A DNA stretch of 20,000 nucleotides from an uncultured virus (IMG/VR IMGVR_UViG_3300005095_000031) (IMGVR_UViG_3300005095_000031), one strand, 5' to 3'; shown: positions 7,601-13,491, counted from the stretch's first letter. The notes: a model not told the origin generated them from the letters alone. Numbers and translations are program-made.

Positions 7601-10448
7601 ATTTAACATTTCCGCTTGGGGATGTTATTTCAAGCCCCTCATAAGTCTCCTCTTCCCCCGCTGAATTTAGCAGTGTTCTTGTTGACACTTCAACAGAATA
7701 CCCCTGAGATGTATCATACTCGTATGTTTTTGGCCCATCTCCTCCATGCTCAATCATTATAAGCTTTCCGGCATCAGCATACATAGCAGAATCACTCGGT
7801 GATATAACATAGTATGGTGCCTCATTCATCCACGATTCGTCAGGTATTGACTCATCAAGTATTCTTAAGACAGTCCCATCTTCATCTGGAACAGAAATTC
7901 CATCAATCGATATAGCAAGAATGGAATCAGCAACATCGCTTACATAAACGATTGGAGCACTGAGGCCTTTGAAAATCCCAAGACTATCAGCATTTCCTCC
8001 TTGAGAATACACTTCTGGAGCATCATCTTTTGCTTCTATTTCTACATAATCTAGCATAAATACCCTATCATGGTAATCATGCCCATATCTAAGTTGCTCA
8101 AAGCCTCCAATCTTTGAATTATGCGGAGTAGCATTTTCAAGATCACTTATTTTGATACCATCAAGATATTCATTCATTGCTGAAATAATCGCATCAGAAG
8201 CCGACTTTGAAGCCATAGCATTATCATCGCCATTTATCTGAGCAAACGGACTAAGATTTATAGGCGTAGAATCATGCCATTCTGTACCATAAACACCTGT
8301 TGTACCTATTTTGTTCCCAGCCTCGTCTAGTATCATTCCTCCTATCTTCAGGTACTTTCCTGGAGGCAATTCAACTTCGCCAATAGTCAATGTTTCAGAA
8401 TCTGATGACTCAACAGAACAGAACCCGACAACAGATGTTGATCCACCAACTTCGGAAACATCTATAAAAGAATCGCAAAAATCAATGTTAGTCGGAATGC
8501 CTGTTGCGGACGATACACACATAAGAGTTTGATACACCATGTATGCGACAACTTCATTTGCTGGTATCACATATCCGGACGAATCAAACCCGTACATATT
8601 CTCTGTGTCCATATTCTCTATTATTGCTGCAACATCTATCATGTTTATAGTTCTTGTTGATTTTCCTATATACCTTTCACGACAATCATTATCAGCAGAA
8701 AATACAACCATAGTTTCCTGCCTGCCAGCCTTATTTACGTAGCACTGGCTTTGACGCTGAATGTATCTTGGTGTCGATAAATCTGAAATTGATATTGTTA
8801 CAATATTTGGAATGATTGTAGGGCCAAAAACTGGAAGCATTCTACTGGTGCTTGAATAGACAGAATGAAATAATGTTGGAAATATTGGTGTCTGAATACT
8901 ATACGCATACTGTGGATTTATTACAATCAATGGAAGCTTTATTGAGACATCATTATACACAGGCTCTATTATTCTGGGAATAATAACATTCGGAACTATT
9001 GGCTTCAATACTGGCCCTATAACTTTCATAGCAGTTGGAATTATTACAGGAAAATCTGGAGTTGTTCCAGGCTGAACAACATCTGGTGTCATTAAGCATA
9101 ATTTAGCGACAACCCTTCTTATTGCATCAAAAGTTGATGCCATTCTCTGTCTTGATATATCTATGTCTATTCCAAGCCTTTCAGCATAAGCAGATAGTCT
9201 ACTTATCTCATCCTGATTTTTAAAATACCTAGCAGACATAAACGTTTTTTCATCGTATGACTTATCGTATTCTCCTTTATACTCAAGAAGGATTTTACTT
9301 ATTGCTTCACTATTAAATATACTGTCCATGCTATTGTAGTCAAAGCCAAGGAAAACAGTTCCGTCTATTTTTGCATCTTTCTCAAGATATACAGACTCAC
9401 TTGAATCGCATATCAGCCTAAGATATTCTTTAAACTCATCAATGCTTCCTATATCCTTCTTTATCATCGATGAAAAAAATTCCGATACAATTGATTGCGC
9501 TTCTGCATACGATAATACATTTTCAGGTGATATATATTCCCTATCATCACCTATAATGATATTGTGTGCTTTATTGTCTGTCCTTGAAATATATCTTGAG
9601 TGTATACCCAATAGCTGTTCTTTATTTATTGGTGAAGTAGTATATAAATCGTCAGCACTATTATTGCAAAATATAGGTTCAGCAGACTCAATAGATACCT
9701 TAAATACATTTTCATCCATATATTTAACGCTGACAAGCTCATCGTTGTATATTGGCTGAAAATCATCACCAAAAGATATTTTTGATACGGCAAGAGTATC
9801 GGAGCTAATAGTTGTAATATTGTCCCCGGTTATACTTATTTTGTCTACCTGGTCTGTTTTATGTAAATATCTATTTTTTGCATCGCCATAACTTATTATT
9901 GCCGAGTCGTTATCAACAGACTCTGATACTGTCAGATCAAAAATCTCAGGGTCTTGTATTGCACCATCAGTCTTTCTATACAGTCTGCCTGTAATATCTG
10001 ATTTACTCAATATATTTGAAAATTTTACATCATCTTTTTTTAACAAAAATGAATATGCATTCTCAATAGGAATAAACCTATATTCGACCATGAAAAAACT
10101 TGTTTCTTCAAGATTAACTATATCAATATCGCCAATTATTGAAAAATCTACTGTCTCTTTTTTGAACGATAATGCTTTGACACTAACATATCCCTCTGAA
10201 ATTAGAGTACGTGCATCGTAGTCAAAATAAAACTTATCTTTTATCCCGTCAGAATTTACAGTAATTAGATCTTTGTCGGTGTAAATTCTAAATGATTCTG
10301 CAGTTTTTAATAATTTTTCTGCATATTTTTCTAAAAAAAGAGAGTTTTTATCTGCAACAATAAATGGAAGGTTTACATTTAAGTAATCAAGTGTCTCATT
10401 GGTATTTGGAAGTTCCTGAAGCCTGAAAATCAAATCTTTTCCTTGCAA
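4689..10448 (-). CDS. Large acidic protein with about four tandem Calx-beta-like (Ig-fold, Ca-binding) repeats; putative virion surface/adhesion protein
   Basis: 1919-aa ORF (TTG start uncertain). Repeats of pattern VxEG...D(G/V)(S/T)(A/T)...DY...PTxDDxxxExxExFxV at about 6040-7480 (e.g. PTKEDDSDEEMEDFDVVV, PTIDDGSDEGQEQVDFIV). Confidence 0.8.
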   Translation of the reverse strand: MQGKDLIFRLQELPNTNETLDYLNVNLPFIVADKNSLFLEKYAEKLLKTAESFRIYTDKDLITVNSDGIKDKFYFDYDARTLISEGYVSVKALSFKKETVDFSIIGDIDIVNLEETSFFMVEYRFIPIENAYSFLLKKDDVKFSNILSKSDITGRLYRKTDGAIQDPEIFDLTVSESVDNDSAIISYGDAKNRYLHKTDQVDKISITGDNITTISSDTLAVSKISFGDDFQPIYNDELVSVKYMDENVFKVSIESAEPIFCNNSADDLYTTSPINKEQLLGIHSRYISRTDNKAHNIIIGDDREYISPENVLSYAEAQSIVSEFFSSMIKKDIGSIDEFKEYLRLICDSSESVYLEKDAKIDGTVFLGFDYNSMDSIFNSEAISKILLEYKGEYDKSYDEKTFMSARYFKNQDEISRLSAYAERLGIDIDISRQRMASTFDAIRRVVAKLCLMTPDVVQPGTTPDFPVIIPTAMKVIGPVLKPIVPNVIIPRIIEPVYNDVSIKLPLIVINPQYAYSIQTPIFPTLFHSVYSSTSRMLPVFGPTIIPNIVTISISDLSTPRYIQRQSQCYVNKAGRQETMVVFSADNDCRERYIGKSTRTINMIDVAAIIENMDTENMYGFDSSGYVIPANEVVAYMVYQTLMCVSSATGIPTNIDFCDSFIDVSEVGGSTSVVGFCSVESSDSETLTIGEVELPPGKYLKIGGMILDEAGNKIGTTGVYGTEWHDSTPINLSPFAQINGDDNAMASKSASDAIISAMNEYLDGIKISDLENATPHNSKIGGFEQLRYGHDYHDRVFMLDYVEIEAKDDAPEVYSQGGNADSLGIFKGLSAPIVYVSDVADSILAISIDGISVPDEDGTVLRILDESIPDESWMNEAPYYVISPSDSAMYADAGKLIMIEHGGDGPKTYEYDTSQGYSVEVSTRTLLNSAGEEETYEGLEITSPSGNVKFIRVYPRLEGISPIELPAPDCNALPLVPIVPRRSDFVIIPVYVELVGPSVASECGETGEYYIQTSKKVDYDVEYVIARKHVTTDDDDFGEVVGDLPLVVPAGETRSNSFREVVKNDNITEDSEQYSEVIENITIPPEHTGEDEFILMRDRVNTLIPKQDPSSLFVNTTSTVMEGGYHYINITANIPNSCDDSYIKYSIKLVDGSAKNNEDYLADEVEMKSIDSDDWTQVSLSQEFFDEFTPEDTYRIFRVPTKEDDSDEEMEDFDVVVSVLEASPNISEDSQQEIVSKMWITDDGGCSISAFATPVVIEGGNIEITVMAPYLQGDQTENINIEIVDVTTDSSDYSSFRYKDDDSEVEFPITLNSEETSKTIYLPTIDDGSDEGQEQVDFIVYSEKCSDVNGSGDGSATLSSIIIDKTSDCMATVNYVPIVERGEDADVSVSFTTDDSKQVSIMIDHDVSTETPTDDNDIDSTVVINGEEIQFSFGEAIYVNSESLLTIKIPTLQNNDENSDIEYFKVSIDTGGCEFAGSSDTLKELQIGILKTEVDIPCVAILVPPPPLDQDMQPQEGKVILTPPKPGVEYLIEYLEEYSSARYSPDKVSGEWYFDEDSGSPNMDGKIVVTTDDSGIARYHARSTGQPISAQFMFTFYGPCAKNDTPAQGQVVGFSTPAPVLPGEVDIVERKGVVLSFDGEIGKVGCTGNPSVKSGISPSEFGNISDLYSIDPDTGKQEYGEVPGAATLSLRAGISKLTEEGVLETGILNICAVLGAIDGCQDSNGDILAQKKTKDNIPECSTEVIYIGPDSSFVGITDYSRDGDTSVFDVDIVKAVSKAQYVEGGTGQFLGAQDVVIARDGDSVDELAKQGKVVVHSIGTPGALFALKHSGTDPFWPIVQTYGGSEATEMVTGSHIISSGLGPIPVVTFSATDKFSGDSTLGQGNWGMIINKKSITFLLKDMKAPLSQNRDVKYQWDII

Positions 10449-10714
10449 ACATCTAATAAGTATTGTCTTTCTATTCTCGCCACCACAAGATCAATATTGT
10501 AATTATGTCTTCTTGAAAAGTCAATAATCATTTTATATCTTTCTGAACAACTAGCTGTAGCAAGTCGATTCTTTACCCACAACCTTGGAATTTCTATCGC
10601 TATATAATCATAATGTAATTCTGCACATTCATCAGAGCAATAAATCGCACCGTTCTGTGTTTTTGAAAAGCACATTCTGCATTTGTTTTTTAAATCAATA
10701 TCTTTACTATGCAA
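10430..10714 (-). CDS. Small zinc-finger protein (CxxC-x9-CxxxC)
   Basis: CRMC...YCSDEC motif. Overlaps the start of the large gene. Confidence 0.7.
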   Translation of the reverse strand: MHSKDIDLKNKCRMCFSKTQNGAIYCSDECAELHYDYIAIEIPRLWVKNRLATASCSERYKMIIDFSRRHNYNIDLVVARIERQYLLDVCKEKI

Positions 10715-10753
10715 TTTATTTCTCTGACAATTTTAATTAAAATAATTATATCT

Positions 10754-10809
10754 AAAAAAACGAGGAAAGCTTCAATCATGGTCCCAATTAGGGCCATGAG
10801 CTATTCCTC
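10754..10809 (-). terminator. Long hairpin plus U7, probable 3' end of the tRNA-array transcript
   Basis: Minus strand GAGGAA..AGCT.CATGG.CCC / GGG.CCATG..AGCT.TTCCTC followed by GTTTTTTT. Confidence 0.55.
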
Positions 10810-11056
10810 ATTTTGCGCAATTACTGCGGGTGGCTACGCAAAACCACGCAAGCCCAGAAAGGGCCGCTTTATCTGTGTCTGGAGCTTGTCTGTATCTACT
10901 CTGCGACTCACATTTTCTGAAAAATATCAGAGAATGGTCTTGCGACTCGTAGAACTCAACGCTGTCTCTGCACAGAAGGGATTTCCCCAATGTGCACTCA
11001 TGGGTTTTTGGGAAAGGTAGGTATATTGAGGAGGCACACCCCATGAGTGCACATTG
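10810..11056 (-). ncRNA. Unassigned structured RNA candidate downstream of the last tRNA
   Basis: Perfect 17-bp inverted repeat (10988-11004/11040-11056). Nested stems TCTGTG/CACAGA and TCTAC/GTAGA, GTC-GCAA-GAC tetraloop, GCCC/GGGC, GTGG/CCAC. Confidence 0.45.
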
Positions 11057-11107
11057 CGAAAATCAGTTGGTGGGCATGGTAGGACTCGAACCTACGACCA
11101 CCCCGTT

Positions 11108-11822
11108 CAGGTTTGTGAATGTTTCCATCCTCCCTGGACTATATCATCACCCTCATCATTACAAGTTAGGGTGTCGGACGCTAATGATGTATTACAAAGG
11201 ACGCTTCCTTTACCATCTAGTCTCTGCACCTTCCAATCAAGTTCGTGATTGGCTTGGCTCAGGATTGCCATTAGATTCCATATGAGTGGAACCACTTTCT
11301 TGCGGTCTTTTTTGTTACTTTATATTTGCTTGAGATATAGTCAATAGTTTTACCAGCAAGCTCTTCAGCTTTTGGTTTCTTAGACATATGCATATTTTTA
11401 CATACTACTGAACAAAACTTACTATTAGATCCGCCTAGCGGTTTATTGCACTCTATACATCTAAATCTTTTAGGTTCCCCTGAATTCATCCGATTCTCAT
11501 CTACAGATTTCTCTATAGTGACACAAGATAGCCAATTATGAAGCCTTGTATGGTCTGCTTTTGAAAGAAGAATAAGATTGTCGTCCCTGTTGTTTTCTTT
11601 GTTGCCATCTAAATGGTGCACTTCAAAACCGTCAGGAATAGTTCCAACCCTTTCCTCTATCACTGCAATATGTTCATATACATATCCTTCCCAGTTGTCA
11701 CTTTTCATCGCATATTTACTGTCAGGATTGTATACCAAAATATACCCATTAAGTCTTCTACTTTTTGGCATTTGGAATCCTTTTTGCCATAATAGCACAA
11801 GCAAATTAGAATACCAAACCTT
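11108..11822 (-). mobile_element. Group I self-splicing intron (715 nt) carrying an HNH endonuclease gene
   Basis: Exon ends in U and intron ends in G. P AATTCAGGGGAAC (11474-11486), Q GGCAATCCTGAGCCAA (11254-11269), R GGTGCAGAGACTAGATGG (11213-11230), S GATATAGTCC (11136-11145). P3 TCGGATG/CGTCCGA. P2 CTATAGA-GAAA-TCTGTAG. Confidence 0.93.
11271..11771 (-). CDS. Intron-encoded HNH homing endonuclease with C-terminal zinc finger (likely start MPKSRR)
   Basis: VHHLDGNKENNRDDNL...H HNH motif. CIEC...CSVVC. AAGGA SD before the ATG at 11771. Confidence 0.9.
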   Translation of the reverse strand: MPKSRRLNGYILVYNPDSKYAMKSDNWEGYVYEHIAVIEERVGTIPDGFEVHHLDGNKENNRDDNLILLSKADHTRLHNWLSCVTIEKSVDENRMNSGEPKRFRCIECNKPLGGSNSKFCSVVCKNMHMSKKPKAEELAGKTIDYISSKYKVTKKTARKWFHSYGI

Positions 11823-12034
11823 ATGAGCGGGGAGCTCTAACCAACTGAGCTACATGCCCGACTCTGCATTTCGCCGCCCAGAAATAAATCCAAACGGCAT
11901 GGCTGCAGAACACCATAGTAGTTTTTCCATCAAGGTGACTACCAAACACCGACAAAGCATCAATAAATACCTTGTCGGAATCTGGGTTCCAGCAAATATA
12001 TATACCCATTTGAAACACAAAAAGTTCATCAATA

Positions 12035-12111
12035 TGGAGCCAACTGTCGGACTCGAACCGACGACCTGCTGATTACAAATCAGCTGCTCTAGCCAACTGA
12101 GCTAAGCTGGC
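12035..12111 (-). tRNA. tRNA-Thr(UGU)
   Basis: Canonical cloverleaf, GCTGA TT TGT AA TCAGC, encoded CCA. Confidence 0.95.
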
Positions 12112-12116
12112 GTGCA

Positions 12117-12197
12117 TGGCGGACATGGCTGGAATCGAACCAGCGAGTCTTTTCCGTAATTGACCAGCAACGCAGAAAAAACTCCCCAAGCATGCCC
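12117..12197 (-). ncRNA. tRNA-like RNA lacking a D-stem (acceptor stem, long irregular stem, T-arm, CCA)
   Basis: GGGCATG/CATGTCC acceptor with G3-U70. GCTGG TTCGATT CCAGC T-arm. GAGTTTTTTC/GAAAAGACTC stem. Ends G-CCA. Confidence 0.6.
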
Positions 12198-12210
12198 TCC
12201 GAGAAGCAAA

Positions 12211-12284
12211 TGGCACGACAGGGGCGGAGTCGAACCGCCTGCTTTCTGCATGCTACCATTGCAACATCGGCCCCTTTTGTCGGC
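12211..12284 (-). ncRNA. tRNA-like RNA with truncated anticodon arm
   Basis: CGACA/TGTCG acceptor-like stem, D-like TGC AATGGTA GCA, mini-hairpin TGC AGAAA GCA, T-arm GGCGG TTCGACT CCGCC, 3' CCA. Confidence 0.5.
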
Positions 12285-12294
12285 CAAAGGCCTT

Positions 12295-12392
12295 TTAGCC
12301 TATCGACGGCTGCGCAGTACCATCGAAGAGGGACTCTGCGGGACTCGAACCCGCATCGCATACTCACAAAGCCAATTCCTATCGAAAACTAA
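12295..12392 (-). ncRNA. Candidate Y-RNA-like (YrlA-type) permuted tRNA mimic
   Basis: Terminal stem TTAGTTT/AGGCTAA, TCGA/TCGA, GGC/GCC, TGCG/CGCA encloses T-arm GCGGG TTCGAGT CCCGC, closed stem AGAG/CTCT and D-loop-like GATGGTA. No CCA. Confidence 0.45.
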
Positions 12393-12396
12393 CCAA

Positions 12397-12473
12397 TGGT
12401 GTACCCACCAGGACTTGAACCTGGGACCTATCGCTTAGGAGGCGATTGCTCTATCCAGCTGAGCTATGGATAC
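12397..12473 (-). tRNA. tRNA-Arg(CCU)
   Basis: ATCGC CT CCT AA GCGAT anticodon arm, A20-type D-loop, CCA. Confidence 0.95.
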
Positions 12474-12474
12474 A

Positions 12475-12550
12475 TGGTCGTCCGGGGCGGAATCGAACCA
12501 CCGACACAGGGATTTTCAGTCCCTTGCTCTACCAACTGAGCTACCGGACG
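12475..12550 (-). tRNA. tRNA-Phe(GAA)
   Basis: AGGGA CT GAA AA TCCCT, canonical arms, CCA. Confidence 0.95.
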
Positions 12551-12775
12551 TTTTCCTCAATAGCTCTCTGTAGGCAACTCCTTGAAGTTGCCTATCGGAA
12601 GCTAAAAGTACCTATCAAACAAATATATGGCAATTGCAAATATAGGCATTGATGCAACATATACATAGAATGATATTTCATTAATATCAGTTGTCATAAT
12701 TTTCCATCACATACAACAATAGTGCAACAATTGAAATACCTATAAGAATATCGAACATTTTCAACCTTAGCTATA

Positions 12776-12860
12776 TGGTACCGACGGAGAGACTCGAACT
12801 CTCACACCAATTGGCACCAGATCCTAAGTCTGGCGTGTCTACCAATTCCACCACGTCGGC
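12776..12860 (-). tRNA. tRNA-Leu(UAG)
   Basis: CCAGA CT TAG GA TCTGG, long variable arm, A73, CCA. Confidence 0.95.
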
Positions 12861-12868
12861 ATTAAATA

Positions 12869-12945
12869 TGGTGCGAGTGACAGGATTCGAACCTGCGACC
12901 CTCTGCTCCCAAAGCAGATGCGCTACCAGACTGCGCTACACTCAC
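12869..12945 (-). tRNA. tRNA-Pro(UGG)
   Basis: TCTGC TT TGG GA GCAGA, CCA. G1-C72 instead of the usual bacterial C1-G72. Confidence 0.93.
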
Positions 12946-12948
12946 ATA

Positions 12949-13032
12949 TGGTACCCGGAGTGGGATTCGAACCCACACGCCCGAAGGCAGGGGATTTTAA
13001 GTCCCCAATGTCTACCATTCCATCATCCGGGC
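12949..13032 (-). tRNA. tRNA-Leu(UAA), no intron
   Basis: GGGGA CT TAA AA TCCCC, variable arm GCC TTCG GGC, CCA. Confidence 0.95.
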
Positions 13033-13400
13033 AACTGTATGTAGGCCGCATTTTGCACCTCTACAGATACAATAAACTGTCAGAGTACCGCTTCACGGCC
13101 TACTTAGTGCGAAGACCAGTCGGCTCCGGGCCACTAGTTAGTAATGAACAACTATCTAGTGGCCACTACCTGTCGCTCTTCACACTGCATAATTTAGACA
13201 CAAGACAATTATAGTCCCGACCCGGTGCTCATATTAGCACCATCCAGCCGTTACTAACAGGTTGTGTCACTTGTGTTCCCTCCAGTAGCTGTTAACTAAC
13301 TACAACCCCCTAAGGTTGTAGTTAGGGTTACTCTCCCTGGAAGGGCCGGATTTCACCTCTAAAATCTTTAACAAGACCTTAGAGGCGAAATCTTTCAGTT
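13033..13400 (-). ncRNA. Unassigned ~370-nt highly structured RNA candidate within the tRNA array
   Basis: Ends can pair (AACTG/CAGTT). Stems GATTTC.CCTCTAA/TTAGAGG.GAAATC, CTAACTACAACC/GGTTGTAGTTAG, GGTGCT/AGCACC, AGTGTGAAGA/TCTTCGCACT, GGCCACTAG/CTAGTGGCC, GTAGGCCG/CGGCCTAC. Confidence 0.55.
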
Positions 13401-13407
13401 TAATGTT

Positions 13408-13485
13408 TGGAGCCAGAGGCCGGATTCGAACCGACAAAAAAATCAGAATCTAATCTGACGTGTCTCCCACTTTCACCACTCTGGC
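13408..13485 (-). tRNA. Atypical tRNA or pseudo-tRNA with 6-nt anticodon loop (identity undetermined)
   Basis: Perfect GCCAGAG/CTCTGGC acceptor. T-arm GTCGG TTCGAAT CCGGC. TCAGA TTAGAT TCTGA anticodon arm. U7 variable region. T-CCA. Confidence 0.6.
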
Positions 13486-13491
13486 ATTTTA

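Larger units (their letters stand above)
11068..11859 (-). tRNA. tRNA(CAU), probably Ile2, interrupted by a group I intron between positions 36 and 37 (exons 11823-11859 and 11068-11107)
   Basis: 5' exon GGGCATG TA GCTC AGTTGGTTA GAGC T CCCCG CT CAT plus 3' exon AA CGGGG TGGTC GTAGG TTCGAGT CCTAC CATGCCC A CCA rebuilds a perfect cloverleaf. Ile2 rather than Met is inferred from the GGGC acceptor with C4-G69. Confidence 0.92.

Noticed and set aside
4925..9759. Numerous plus-strand ORFs in the track (also 542-2251 and 15368-17606)
   Set aside because: Antisense shadows of longer, SD-supported minus-strand genes.
12117..12392. tmRNA gene
   Set aside because: Despite G3-U70 and a GGGGCCGA-like stretch there is no room for a tag reading frame or pseudoknots, and the discriminator is G.
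12551..12775. AT-rich spacer with a 9-bp hairpin (12571-12594)
   Set aside because: A single hairpin without a U-tract or ORF. Nothing specific can be supported.
13033..13400. RNase P RNA (GAGGTGAAATCCGG and GCAAAATGCGGCCTA loosely resemble CR-I and CR-V)
   Set aside because: The P4 pairing is poor and both motifs have better local partners. Left unassigned pending a covariance-model search.
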